This document shows positions 1 through 13,560 of a DNA stretch of 64,000 bases, one piece after another (position 1 is the stretch's first letter; the number at the start of each line of letters is the position of its first letter). The position numbers and the translations under genes were made by a program. This DNA comes from Eledone cirrhosa (lineage: Eukaryota): NCBI GenBank assembly GCA_964016885.1, contig OZ024753.1, positions 34,286,001-34,350,000 of the forward strand, in the 5' to 3' direction. A model generated the notes under the pieces. That model was not told the origin of the DNA, made no database searches, and was given only the letters and a program-made list of their open reading frames with translations.

Positions 1-87
1 ATATGGCGCATGTCTCGGACATGACTCCCTTAATTTAATTTAATTAAATTAATTTTGGATATATATATATATATATATATATATATC

Positions 88-685
88 GTTTCTGAATTTG
101 TTTAGCAAGATTCTTTATCTGAAATCGTGTGTTGAAACCGATATTGTTATACTTTGGGAGGGTCATGTTGCCAATAAGAAACACACGCACCAGTTGCTTT
201 CACTTCAATTTAATTTAATATATATTTATAAATTTACAAATTTATAAATTTCTGGTTGGTTGGTTGGTTCCACAACCAGATAGTTGTTTATATATATATA
301 GTCATAGTTCTTTCGTCACACACTCTGTGACCTCTTCAGTGACTGGGGATTTCTTTCTTCGTTTCTGTGCCTTTCCTTTCTTCTATCCTACGCCATTTTG
401 TTTGTGTGTGGGTTGCGTGCTCAGTTTGCGCATGCGCCACATCCGGGTGTCTGTGTGTGTTTGTGTTCATTTTTCTATTTTTTTATTTTTCTATTTATAT
501 TTGTGTGTGACGAAAGAACTATGACTATATATATATAAACAACTATCTGGTTGTGGAACCAACCAACCAACCAGAAATTTATAAATTTGTAAATTTATAA
601 ATATATATTAAATTAAATTGAAGTGAAAGCAACTGGTGCGTGTGTTTCTTATTGGCAACATGACCCTCCCAAAGTATAACAATAT
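88..685. mobile_element. Penelope-like pLTR fold-back cassette, family A
   Basis: 183-bp inverted arms at 141-323 and 503-685, flanked by (TA)n; one arm has an extra ~55-nt tail; carries an HHR on the - strand; homologs at 50319-50566 and ~54310-54405. Confidence 0.7.
300..344 (-). ncRNA. Minimal type I hammerhead ribozyme
   Basis: - strand: AGUCA-CUGAAGA-G-GUCACA(gagug)UGUGAC-GAA-AG(aa)CU-A/UGACU; 5-bp stem I, 6-bp stem II, 2-bp stem III, CUA cleavage triplet. Confidence 0.75.
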
Positions 686-697
686 ATATATATATAT

Positions 698-982
698 ACG
701 TGGGAAAGTAAAAATCGGAGAAGAGACCGTTAAAACATGTTTATTTAAAATATCACCTACGTACGTGATATTTTAAATAAACATGTTTTAACGGTCTCTT
801 CTCCGATTTTTACTTTCCCACGTGCTTAGGCTCTGCTAACTCTCTAGCCCACTAAATATTAACACTTCGAATATTTAATACTGCCGGCACTAGTATCGAG
901 CACCTTTGGCATACGCTACTTGGCAAATAACTATATGTATCACCTATCCCCCCTTTTTTTCTCTTTCTCGATACGTAAATAC
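698..982. mobile_element. Fold-back cassette in (TA)n: 59-bp perfect inverted arms plus a one-sided tail
   Basis: Arms 698-756 and 765-823, loop CTACGTAC, tail 824-982; same layout as the HHR-bearing cassettes, but no HHR core is retained. Confidence 0.5.
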
Positions 983-1766
983 TATATATATATATATATA
1001 TATATATTTGTTACAAATGCCATTTTGAGTAATTCCGTCCAATTTATTTGTCAATTGATTGAAATACCATGTATTTCATGAGATATATTGTCACAGAAGA
1101 GTAAAATACAGTTTAGGTTTGTACTAACATATGGGCCAATAAAGATCATATTTTTAAACATCTTACATATTAACACAGATAAAAAAACACTACTTTTTTT
1201 GTTCAAGAAGCCATCTCTTTTTATTCAAGTTAAGCTCTATTGAATTTATTATGACAAAGCAAGAGTCACCACCTACTACAAACAATCCTATTGCATAAAT
1301 TATCATATATTCAATATTTAGTTTGCTGTGTGTATCTGGTTTAGATTAGGTACATTTGCATGTATCCTTGCATGTCATAAGAAGTAACTGTAGGAGTTGG
1401 CACCACAAACAATACCCAGTTGTAAAACATTGCCCCATAAATGACACCATGATAATTATTCAACCTGTCATGGGGCCAGCAAGGCTAACCCCCTGCTTTA
1501 GTTGGGAAAATGGTTTTAAAACACTTGTATGTCTGTCTATGTGTATTTGATACTTAGTTGCGTTCTCTGATGTACGTCTTCTCGCAAGTTTTAGTTCAAT
1601 TGCCTCAGATTATATTAATCTGCTAAGGATTAGGATTAAATATATTTCTGTTTTGTTGACTTGAACATTTAATTCATCTTCACTTTGTCAACTCACGTAA
1701 GCTCTCTTCTTCTGTTATGGCAATGTTCTGGTATCTGTTGAATTATTTCCTCTTTATATATTTTAA

Positions 1767-1972
1767 CCCTTTAGCATTTACATTACTCTATGTTTACTAT
1801 TATATTTTCACACTAAAGGCTTTACCTCGCATAATATCAAATGTGAGATTTTGATATTATTTATTTTGGGAACAATATCTTAACATAAGCATGAGCAGCT
1901 GGTTACAGCCAGTTTTAGTAGAAAGAGGTGAGAGAATTCTTGCCGGATATGGCCGGTTTAAATGCTAAAGGG
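1767..1972. mobile_element. piggyBac-type MITE
   Basis: TTAA|CCCTTTAGCATTTA...TAAATGCTAAAGGG|TTAA: 14-bp TIRs starting with CCC, TTAA target-site duplication. Partial copy at ~5288-5395. Confidence 0.8.
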
Positions 1973-2535
1973 TTAAATGAATACATTGCATTTCTAGTCT
2001 TCAATGGTTAGCATTTACATATCATTATTGACCCTCTCAGGAATAAGTGGGCAAAGAAAAAGATTATTGTCATTTGTAACGATTTTGCTCTGATATACGA
2101 AAAGAGTGAGCCATAGCAAATGGCCAAAGGTCCTTTAGATCATTCCTTTTCCTTCAATTTTCCAACACCCTTCATATTATTATTATTAGGGCATTGGATT
2201 GGCAGTATTGGCAGAGCTTCAGACAAAATGCTTTGCAACATTTAGTGAAGTCTTTATAACATGATGAGTTCAAAATCCCACCGTGGTCAATGAAATAGAA
2301 TATGAGTCAAGTACTGTGGTCACCCTTCCCCACAAAAAAAGTTGGTAGCCTTGTACTAAAATTAGAGATTTTTGTTGTTATTGTTATTCTCCTCCAAAAA
2401 ATGTTGGTAGCTTTGTACTAAAAATGAAGTCCCCTTGCTCCTTCTTATCATTATTTTATTATTGTCCTGTATTGTCCTGTACTGTCCTTAATGTCTACTT
2501 TGTGTAAACTCTTGTGGTTAATAAAGATAGCATTA

Positions 2536-2915
2536 GTGGATTGGCAGTATCGGTAGAGGGTCGGACGCCATGCTTTCCAGTATAGTTACGTCCCTTTACG
2601 ATCTGAGTTCAAATCCCGCCGAGGTTGACTTTGCCTTTCATCCTTACGGGGTCGATAAAATAAAATACCAGTAATGCACTGGGTAATTGCTGGCCTTGTG
2701 CCTAAAGTAGAAACAATTATTTTATTATTATGGGCAGTGAATTAGCAGTATCGATAGAGGGTCGGACATGCTTTCCAGCATAGTTACGTCCTTTTATGAT
2801 CTGAGTTCAAATCTCGCCGAGGTTAACTTTGCCTTTCATCCTTACGGGGTCAATAAATTAAAGTACCAGTAATCTACTGAGTAATTGCTGGCCTTGTGTC
2901 AAAAGTAGAAACAAT
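2536..2915 (+). mobile_element. Two tandem tRNA-derived SINEs (family 1)
   Basis: TGGCAGTATCGG (A-box-like), GAGTTCAAATCCC (B-box), core CTTTCATCCTTACGGGGTCGATAAAATAAAGTACCAG, end AGTAGAAACAATTAT; more than 20 copies in the window. Confidence 0.85.
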
Positions 2916-3126
2916 TATTTTATTATTATTATTATTCATTGATATTCATGCATAGTTTATTTTATATTTTTTATATTTTCATTGTTAAATTAGTTTTGCC
3001 ATTGTGCACTTTTACTTGAACTTATTGTAAACCCCCACTGTCCATGTCTTTGTATTGTCCCCTACATGTCGGCCCTTTTGGCCAATAAATGAAATCATTA
3101 TTATTATTGATTTTGTTTACTTGCAG

Positions 3127-3150
3127 GAATCAATGGATGCCAGTATGAAG
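3127..3150 (+). other. Candidate 24-nt upstream microexon of the zinc-finger gene
   Basis: ttttgtttacttgcag|GAATCAATGGATGCCAGTATGAAG|gtatga; good acceptor and donor; no transcript evidence. Confidence 0.45.
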
Positions 3151-3676
3151 GTATGATTGATTATTTTAAATAAACTTATTATGTGTATATGTATGTCTGT
3201 GTATATATCTATGTGTGTGTATCTCTGTGTGAACCTGTGTTTGACTAATTTGTTTGTCTAGGTGAGTTTGGTAACGATGTGTTTTATTAATTTGTTTACT
3301 TAGGTGAGTTTGGTAACTATGGCAATGGAGTGTATTTACCAAGTCTGTCTGTTAGGAATATGGGGGACATGTATGTTTTGTAAATAGTTTCAAAATATGA
3401 TAAATAATCATATTCTGAGGTCTTATTAATTTTTCAGATTTTTTGTACCCACCATGCTTGTATTCCAACCCCCCTGCTTATTTCTGCGACAATTTTCTTT
3501 ATACATTAAAAAACATTATACATGCCAAAAAATAAGTACATTACTAGAAATCCCATACGTTATAAAATAAATAGGATGGGTTGGGGTCTCAAAATGTAAA
3601 ATAAACGACTAATTCTAGTTTTTAAAACAATCAATGGGGACAACCTAGAAAAATGACTGATTTTAGTTTATATATG

Positions 3677-4230
3677 CAATTGTTCCCCGGTATTCATGGG
3701 AGTTATGTTCCCAGGGTACCCGCAAAGAGTGAAAATCCATGAATATTGGACGTAGTCCATAAAAATGCAGGTGTGAGCCCCGCGAGTTGGAGTGGCTTTT
3801 CCAGCGCGTCTCTCTTGCCGTCCTCCGGGGAAACGCCTTCTCCATTCTGTCCACTGGGGCTGTGGGTGGTCCCCATGGCGTACCGTTGTAGTTGTTGTAT
3901 ACAGATATTAACTCATCAATCCCATTTAATATATATATATTTTTATATATAATGCTATTTCTATTTTTCAAAAATGCCTACAAACATCAAAACATAACGT
4001 AAAGTATAGTCAGGCAAATATGGTATATTGTTATTAATATTTTAGCGTTAAAAAGTGTGAAAAAATATATATTGCTATGAAAAAAATCCATAAAAAAATC
4101 ATGGAAGATATTTACGATTCTGCAAATATGTGGTGGTTTCTACGAACAATTCCTAGTTAGGTTCTAAGGAAAATTCTGCGAATAACTGGGACCTGTGAAT
4201 GCCAGGACCACAAATGTCGGGGGTACACTG
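3677..4230. mobile_element. Degenerate Tc1/pogo(Tigger)-like non-autonomous DNA transposon
   Basis: Right end GTCGGGGGTACACTG|TA; imperfect left end CAATTGTTCCCCGG; no transposase. Confidence 0.45.
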
Positions 4231-4950
4231 TATATATGTATATATATGCCATCATGGAAAGCGAGGGGAAAAGGTTGGTGAGTGAATGTGTGTGTGTGCA
4301 CCAATCTGATAAAAAGAACCAATCCCATTGACCTTTGGTGATCAGTTGTATCCCTCAATGGGTGAGCAACCTTACTGATTTCAGGAAAGAATGGAATGGA
4401 AGAATATTCTAAATGAGTTAATAAATATACACTGTAAAGTGGTCGTGTAGGCACCACGGTAAAGAAGCAACCAGTCCACACTGTAAATGAGGTTGGTGTT
4501 AGGAAGGGCATCCAGCTGTAGAAATCAAGCCAGAATCAGTTCTGTATGAGCAAGACATGGTCACCTGACCTGGCATTGCCTACAACAGGACAACCCCTCT
4601 AACTCATGCTAGTGTGGAAGAATGGATGTAAAATGATGATGATGATGATGATGATGATCAAAAGAAACCCAATAACACAATAACTGTTATGGGTAAATGA
4701 AACCTGGCCACCATTTTAGATTGTAGCATGTTTATATTCTATCCCATATCATCTGCCACCATTATAAGATGCTTTATTATATTATTTTACCAAATAGCTT
4801 CCATTCTCCTCTCTCTGTTATTGCCATGTCAAGTGTAAAGGTTGAACTCTTTTTTGTAGATTCGGTAATATGATCACATGCATATTCATGCATACACACT
4901 TGCTCATACACAAACACACGCACATGCTTCACATACACATATAAGTGGGT

Positions 4951-4983
<33 letters not shown>

Positions 4984-5536
4984 GGTTCATAAAAACACAC
5001 ACAAATATGTGAGTACACAGACAAACACACAAATATACAGGTTCTTAAAAACACACACACACACACAAATATGTGAGTACACATTGACACACAGACAAAT
5101 ATATGGGTAGACATATATATACACATACACACACACTGTAAACAATGTAACAAAGCCACAATTGTTAGAAGCCAAATGACACCATTGAATGAACTTGATT
5201 AGTTTGTAATTTAAAACTACAAATGAAAAGTTCTAAACTAGCAGATATAATGACTAGATAAATGCAAGTATGACTGTATTGTTAAGAAGAACAATACCTT
5301 AACATAAGCATGAGCGGCCGGTCACAGCCAGTTTCAACAGAAAGAGGTGAGAGAATTCTGGCCGGATCTGGCCGGTTTAAATGCTAAAGGGTTAAGGGAG
5401 TGAAAGAGACACAAGCACACGTTTATAAACAATACAGCAACACCTGTATGTAAGATTTATACACACATACACACACATGTAGCAAAATAATTCAGTATTT
5501 GGAAGAATAAAGATATATATATATATATAAACATAT

Positions 5537-6395
5537 ACCTCTCCAAGACAATGTCACTACTGAGATCTTTGGTGCTACGCAGTAATACAGAAGACTCGCC
5601 TTGCCTATGTACAAAGCGAAACCTCTTAACCAAAAATACACCCCCATTCCACCCCCATCAACACCACCCCTTCCTCTGTAAAGTTATGTTGGTACCACAA
5701 CATCCAGTCCTAAATAAATGAGGTCGTGTATGTGTCACGACAAAAAAAACACGGTAAAAACCTCCCAGTCCCACACTGCAAACGTGGTTGGTGTTAGGTA
5801 GGGCATCCAGCCGTAGAAAACCTGCCAGACAGCCCGATACGAGCAATCTTGCCTCAAGTAGGACAATTCCTGTCTAACCCATGCTAGCGTGGAAGATGGT
5901 CACTAAACGAAGATGATGATGATGAATATATATATATATCATCATCATCACCGTTTTACGTCCGTTCTTCTACGCTAGCATGGGTTAGACGGGTTGTCCT
6001 GTTGTGTGCAGTGTCTGGTCGGCTGACCATGCCTTGCTCATACAGGAACTGATTTGGCTTGATTTCTACAGCTGGATGCCCTTCCTAACACCAACCTCAT
6101 TTACAGTAAGTGCTGGGTGCTTTTTCGTGGTGCCTACACATCCACTTTACAGTGTGGGCTGGGTGCTTTTTTGCCGTGGCACCTCCACGACCACCTTGCA
6201 GTGGGGGGTGTGGGGGCATATTGTCTATATGCTTCAGCTTGTACCCATGGGAGGTCGAGTACTCTGTATTACTGCGTGACGCCAGAGGTCACGGTCGTGT
6301 GTCATCGCCTTTGAGAGGTGTAATTGGGTAAGGTCGGCTTTTATCACCTCATCCCAGGTCATCTTGGGTCTCCCCACTCCGCGGTTTCCATCGAC
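5537..6395. mobile_element. Two RTE LINE 3' fragments, tail-to-tail (5537-5925 +, 5940-6395 -)
   Basis: C-terminal GRPKMTWDEVIKADL..DRDLWR, shared 3' UTR (GTTAGGAAGGGCATCCAGC) and (GAT)n tails. Confidence 0.8.
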
Positions 6396-6619
6396 ATATA
6401 TGTACGTAAAATTTAAACAGAAATAACAACCCAATCGGTACAGTATATGGAAGGAGTATATTAGGTTAATATTTGATAAAGCAGATGTATGTATATATAT
6501 ATATGTATGTATGTATGTGTGTGTATGTTGATATTGAAATGCTGTAGATTTTCAAGTTTTCACTGATAAAATGATATCTTTTAACTTTTTTCAGATGGTT
6601 TGGCACTTTGGTTGGAGGA

Positions 6620-9600
6620 ATGGAGGATACAAGTTCCCCACAAGTTTTTTACCCCAATAATACATTAACGATAGCAATCCAACCCTCTGCTAGTATGCCG
6701 AGCAACCCTCAGCCCAATATGCTGCAATCCACGCAGACATATACAACAATGCGCCAGGCAACAGTACCAACTGAGCAGATTTTTAATTCTCAAAGTCAGT
6801 CTTCTGCAACAAGAACTAACAGTCGTGCCAGTAATGGATTTGAGCTATCCCGTTTACCAGGACCTTATGCCAATGGTATTAATGTCGGTTCTGTTGCCAA
6901 TTTTTCAACTGCAGATGTTAACCAAATCATTACACCTGGAAAACAGTCATATATAACAACAGGATTACCAAATATCACCAGTTTGAGTGATCCAATCCAC
7001 TTCCTTCCTTCAACAACTCTAAATACCTGTGCCCCAGGATCCTTCATAGAGAAGATTGAGCGTTTACCAAGCTTTAGTACAATTGTTGCCTCAGCAGCTT
7101 CCAGCAACCCTATGATAGGTTTACAGTGTCAATTCCCCAATGTTGCACAGTCTTCAATCGATCAGCTAACATCCACATCCACTACATCATTGCCTGTCCA
7201 GACCAACAACACTAACGCCACCATGCTGACAACTACCAACATTCCTGTTTCCAGCACGCCATCGCAAGTTGACAGCTTCCAGTCTGTTTCACCTAATTTC
7301 ACTAACTACTATGCTGGTCGTAACACACAGCAACAGCTACACCAAACTGTGATCCAGCATCTCCCTGCTGGAACATCAAAGGTGATGACTTCACAGGGTC
7401 CTGTCACTGATGCGACAGTATCTCAACTGTCATGTTCACCTTCTTTGTCTACAAGCCCTTCTCAATCTCCAGTATCAGTTTCACCCCATTACCAAAATAA
7501 TACTAAAGCTAGATCTTCTTCTTCTGTTGTCTCTTTGTCTGTATGCATGGGTGGTCAGATGAGCTCGAATGTAACCAGTGAAGACTGTCTGACAAAGGCA
7601 TCAAAAATGTCCCATGGTAAAATAACTATGGAACATCCAGATAATTCTGTTAGCAAAAACAAAAACTCAAAATCTGATAAGCTAGGTGAAATTTGTGAGC
7701 AGAATATTTCTAAGTTAAAATGTAAATTCTCTCAGCCATCTTTACAACAGCAGTCTACAATGTCTTCAAACACTGTTCACCAAATATCTGCTGGTAACCT
7801 CAATAAAATGATAGAGAAAACCTGCAAACAAACTCAGAAGATTGCTATATCTGACCAGGTTTCAAAACCTTGCACGAGAAACTCAGTTAAAAATAGTGCG
7901 GCCAAAAAGGAAATTGTCATTGTAGCACCATCACAGTTAACCATGGTGGCAAAGCCTGATACGACACCACTTTATGTGGATGCCACTGGTCAAGCATCTG
8001 TAATGGCTAACCAAAATAACAGTATTGAAAAATCTAAAGGAGTCCAGTTTTTTGTGATGGGTGCACTGGAAGGAAAAGCTACATGTATGGATAACTTTCC
8101 ATATCATGACACTCCTCCGGAAATGGAATCTGCCATTGCTGATCTTCCGCCAACATTTGACCGACAACCTACTGTTGATGGCATCTTGATGAAATCTCAT
8201 GCAATGCCGATTTCCTTTGATCTACTGAGTAGGGAGCAGCTTGAATTTGTATCATGTGACAGTGAGAAAGTGAAGCAAGAGCCATCGGAAAAAAGAGTGG
8301 ATGATTCTCAGAGTCAACCAGCAGACTTTCAACTTCTGCTTCAACAGCAGCAGCAACAGCTAACTCTGCAGCAATCTGTGCAACAAATCCAAGCTGTGCA
8401 GCAATCTCAACAGGTATCATTACAGCCAGCAGCACCACAAACACTTCAGCAGTTTCAGTCGTTTACACCAGAACAATTTCAAGGGACTCAGTTCCGACAA
8501 TTACAACCCCAGCAATCAGAATTTCAACAGATACAAACCCCTGGTCCACAGCAACAACAACAACCACAACAGCAGCCGCAACAGCAACAGCAACCACAAC
8601 CACAACCACAACCACAGCCGCAACAACAGGTGGTAGCCCAGCCCCAACCTCAGTTGCAATTAAACATGTTAATATTTGCAGATGCACAGACACAAATACA
8701 ACAACAGCAGCAGGATAATTTAGCGCAGTTTACACAGCAAGTTCAACAAGCATCTCAGCAACTACAACAACAGCAGCAGCAGCAACAACAGCAACAACAA
8801 CAGCAGCAACAACAGCAGCAACAACAGCAACAACAACAGCAACAACAACAGCAGCAACAACAGCAACAACAACAGCAGCAACAGCCACAAACTCATATAT
8901 TACCACAGCAGATTCACCAACAGATACAACCAGCTCCTGGTCAACAGCAACCCCAAGTTGCCGGTACAGTTGTTACTGTTCAACAGCCCCTTCTCTCCCC
9001 ATGTCCGCAAATTAACCCCACTCTTCCTATTGAAACATCGCCAAGTAACCCCCGTAAAAGCCCTCGTCAGAAACAGGCGTTGACTTTCATGGAATCTGCA
9101 GCGAAAGCAGTCGTGACAACAACAGTTGTTGACAGTGCCACCTTTGTGACTGTTTCAATTCGGAATAATCGCAAGGTGCCACTGACAGTGCAAGCAAAAA
9201 CTAACACCACAAACAGCAACCTTGCATCCGGAGGTTTACCGTCTGTGTCTCAATGGTCAGGGGAGGCAACTCCTGTTTCAGTGAAGCGAAAACATTCTGA
9301 CTGCAGTGATAATGCTGACTCCGAAGGCAGCGATGTAGATAGTGGTGAGGACAAAAGAAATGATAGTGGGGATTTATCCCTGGAGGAAAACCTAGAATCT
9401 AATTTGTACACACTTAAACCTCCGTCTGTTCTACCCAACCTCAGCACTCTTGGTTCCCCAGCACCTCCACCCACTCCTGCTACTCTAGCAGAGGATAACA
9501 TTGAAACTAAGGACATCAAAGAAGAATTAGATCGGACAGAAGTGGAGATTCGCATTGATGATTCCCAGTGTGTTCTCCACGGTGAGCAGAAGCGATGGCA

Positions 9601-10132
9601 GTGTTGTCATTGTCCAAAATCTTATACCACAAAACATAATTTGGTGACCCATATTCTTGACCATCAGGGTATTAAGCCCCACTTATGTATGATTTGTCAT
9701 AAGTATTTCAAGCAGTTGAGCCATCTAAATACACACATGCTGACCCATGAGAACATTAAGCCTCATGTGTGTCAAATATGTAAGAAAGGTTTCACACAAA
9801 TCTCTCACTTAAAACGGCATCAAGCTGTACACTTAGACAGCAAACCTCACTTGTGTGATAAATGTAATCGTGGCTTTGCTTACCCCAGCGAGCTACGGGT
9901 GCACAAAGAGAAGCATGATCTTGGTCGTGACAAATGTCACGACTGCGGAGAGGACTTTTCTAGTCAGCGACTCCTCCGACAGCATCAGGTGAAACATGAG
10001 CACCGAGAAGACTTAACTTGTAAAATATGCACAAAAATATTCCGATATCCAAGTCAATTAAAGGATCATATGATTACTCATTCCGGTACAAGACCCCATA
10101 TTTGTCCTGAGTGTGGAATGGACTTCATGAAG
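6620..10132 (+). CDS. ZNF710: ZNF366/ZNF710-like C2H2 zinc-finger protein, first coding exon (exon starts at 6595; S/T/Q/P-rich N-terminus, fingers 1-6 and first half of finger 7)
   Basis: Acceptor ttttttcag|A6595; first in-frame ATG at 6620; donor AAG|gtaaga at 10132 (phase 0). RIDDSQ..QKRWQCCHCPKSYTTKHNLVTHILDHQGIKPH..FTQISHLKRH..GFAYPSEL matches my recollection of the ZNF366/ZNF710 finger array. True start codon is uncertain. Confidence 0.88.
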
Positions 10133-10320
10133 GTAAGATTTCAGCTTGGCTTATTTTTATTGCTTTACTACTGTATATATGAAATTTGAAATGTGTACAT
10201 GACAACGTAAATGACCATAAAACATTTATAAAGGTCTATTTTGCTGTTCTAGATGACCTGTAAAGGCCTTGGACACTGTCCTCTGGTCCTATCAAGTAAA
10301 AAAAAAAAATGACTGCTTAA

Positions 10321-10678
10321 TCTTTTAGCATTTACATTGCTGTTAGGAAGGGCATCCAACTGTAGAAATCAAGCCAAAATCAGTTCCGTATGAGCAAGAC
10401 ATTGTCACCTGACCTGGTGTTGCCCACAACAGGACAACCCGTCTAACCCATGCTAGCGTGGAAGAATGGATGTAAAACGGTGATGATGATGATTACTCTA
10501 TGTTTAGTATTGTATTTTCACAGTAAAGGCTTTATCTCACAAAATATCGAATTTATGAGATTTTGATATTATTTATTTTGAGAACAATACCTTAATGTCA
10601 GTATGAGCTGCCAGTTGGAACAGAAAGAGGTGAGAGAATTGTGGCCGAATACGGCCAGTTTAAATGTTAAAGTGTAAA
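10321..10678. mobile_element. piggyBac-type MITE interrupted by an RTE/SINE 3' tail (10342-10492)
   Basis: Homologous to 1767-1972 on both sides of the insert. Confidence 0.65.
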
Positions 10679-10754
10679 GGAAATTGACGGTCTCAGTTAT
10701 ATATGTGTGTATGACATATCTTGATACTGTGTTGACTGAGTTCCTCATCAGACA

Positions 10755-10853
10755 CACACATGTATGCACACTTATGTAATCACATACACATATATATGCA
10801 CACACACACACACATGTACAGACGTACCAGCACAGGCATATACACACATGTAT

Positions 10854-10895
<42 letters not shown>

Positions 10896-11808
10896 ATGTA
10901 TGCATGCACACCGTCAAACATATTTATAGGATTCATACAGATGAATGTATGCACACACACACACATGTACAGACGTACCAGCACAGGCATATACACACAT
11001 GTATACACACACATGTACAGACATACAAGCACAGGCATATATACACATCTATGCACACACACACACACACACACACATGTACAGACGTACCAGCACAGGC
11101 ATATACACACACATATTCATGCGCACACACACACACACGTATGTATGCATGCCCACCTTCAAACATATTTATAGGATTCATACATATGAATGTATGCACA
11201 CACACACACGTACAGACGTACCAGCACAGGCATATACACACATGTATGCACACACATATTCATGCACACACACACACACACGTATGTATGCATGCACACC
11301 TTCAAACATATTTATAGGATTCATACATATGAATGTATGCACACACACACACGTACAGACGTACCAGCACAGGCATATACACACATGTATGCACACACAT
11401 ATTCATGCACACACACACACACACACACACACGTATGTATGCATGCACACCGTCAAACATATTTATAGGATTCATACAGATGAATGTATGCACACACACA
11501 CACATGTACAGACGTACCAGCACAGGCATATATACACATGTATACACACACATGTACAGACATACAAGCACAGGCATATATACACATGTATGCACACACA
11601 CACACACACACACACATGTACAGACGTACCAGCACAGGCATATACACACACATATTCATGCGCACACACACACACACGTACGTATGCATGCCCACCTTCA
11701 AACATTTATAGGATTCATACAGATGAATGTATGCACACACACACACGTACAGACGTACCAGCACAGGCATATACACACATGTATGCACACACATATTCAT
11801 GCACACAC

Positions 11809-11868
<60 letters not shown>

Positions 11869-12110
11869 ATGTATGCATGCCCACCTTCAAACATATTTAT
11901 AGGATTCATACAGATGAATATATGCACACACACACACACACACGTACAGACGTACCAGCACAGGCATATACACACATGTACACACACACACACACACACA
12001 CACACACGTATGTATGCATGCACACCTTCAAACATTTATAGGATTCATACAGATGAATGTATGCACACACACACACACATAGACATTCATATACACACAC
12101 ACACATACAT
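10755..12110. repeat. Compound (CA)n-containing minisatellite
   Basis: Recurring ACAGACGTACCAGCACAGGCATATA and CAAACATATTTATAGGATTCATAC modules. Confidence 0.9.
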
Positions 12111-12323
12111 TTTATATACGAACAGATCATTTAAAAAAAAAATAAATACAGTTATAAAAATATTTTGCAAAGATGTGGTGAGTGTCACTGTCAACAGTGA
12201 CAGTTGTTGACTATTTCAGTTGAAAACAGCTCAACACAGTCAAAGACGAACTAAACCATATTTTATCATCTTGATCTAAATCTACATTTTGTAGTTTTTG
12301 AATTTCTGTTTGAAATCAGGAAG

Positions 12324-13560
12324 TGGCCTTTCTCATTATGTAGAGAGGGGTGGTGGTGGTGGTGGTGGTGTTGGTGTTGGCCTTTCTCATTATGTAGAGA
12401 GGGGTGGTGGTGGTGGTGGTGGTGGTGTTGGCCTTTCTCATTATGTAGAGAGGGGTGGTGGTGGTGGTGGTGGTGGTGTCGGCCTTTCTCATTATGTAGA
12501 GAGGGGTGGTGGTGGTGGTGGTGGTGGTGTTGGCCTTTCTCATTATGTAGAGAGGGGTGGTGGTGGTGGTGGTGGTGGTGTTGGCCTTTCTCATTATGTA
12601 GAGAGTGGTGGTGGTGGTGGTGTTGGCCTTTCTCATTATGTAGAGAGGGGTGGTGGTGGTGGTGGTGGTGTTGGCCTTTCTCATTATGTAGAGAGGGGTG
12701 GTGGTGGTGGTGGTGGTGTCGGCCTTTCTCATTATGTAGAGAGTGGTGGTGGTGGTGGTGTTGGCCTTTCTCATTATGTAGAGAGCGGCGGTGGTGGTGG
12801 CCTTTCTCATTATGTAGAGAGCGGCGGTGGTGGTGGCCTTTCTCATTATGTAGAGAAGTAGTGGGTGGGGGTGGCCTTGCTCATTATGTAGAGGGGTGGT
12901 GGCCTTTCTCATTATGTAGAGGGGTGGTGGTGGCCTTGCCCATTATGTAGGGAGGGGTGGTGGTGGCCTTGCCCATTATGTAGAGAGGGGGTGGGTGGGG
13001 ATGGTCTTGCTCATTAAGTAGAGTGGGGTGGGTGGGGGTGGCTTTGCTCATTAAGTAGAGTGGGGGTGGTCTTGCTCATTATGTAGAGAGGGGTGGTGGT
13101 GGTCTTGCTCATTATGTAGAGAGGGGTGGTGGTGGCCTTGCTCATTATGTAGAGAGGGGTGGTAGTGGCCTTGCTCATTATGTAGAGAGGTAGTGGGTGG
13201 GGGTGGCCTTGCTCATTAAGTAGAGTGGGGGTGGTCTTGCTCATTATGTAGAGAGGTAGTTGGTGGGGGTGGCCTTGCTCATTAAGTAGAGTGAGGTGGG
13301 CAGTGGTGGTCTTGCTCATTTGGTGGGGGTGGCCTTGCTCATTATGTAGAGAGGGGTGGTAGTGGCCTTGCTCATTATGTAGAGAGGGGTGGTAGTGGCC
13401 TTGCTCATTATGTAGAGAGGTGGTGGAGGCCTTGCTCATTATGAGAGGGGTAGAGGTGGCCTAGCTCATGTAGAGAGGTAGTGTGTAGTGGTGGATTTGC
13501 TCATTATGTAGAGAGGGTAGTAGATGGAGATGGCCGAGCTCATGTAGAGAAGTAGTGGGT
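12324..13560. repeat. G-rich minisatellite, unit GGCCTTTCTCATTATGTAGAGAGG(GGT)n
   Basis: About 30 units, 30-51 bp long, homogeneous at left and degenerate at right. Confidence 0.92.

Noticed and set aside
2536-2620. tRNA genes at A/B-box motifs
   Set aside because: These are SINE heads; no cloverleaf structure.
10133-10189. ORF-track C-terminus VRFQLGLF..
   Set aside because: Read-through into the intron past the GTAAGA donor; finger 7 is completed at 28748.
12298-12912. Gly-rich repeat ORF (GLSHYVERGGGG)n, and a CRISPR-like constant-repeat appearance
   Set aside because: Minisatellite; the spacers are (GGT)n rather than unique sequence; no cas genes; eukaryotic intron.
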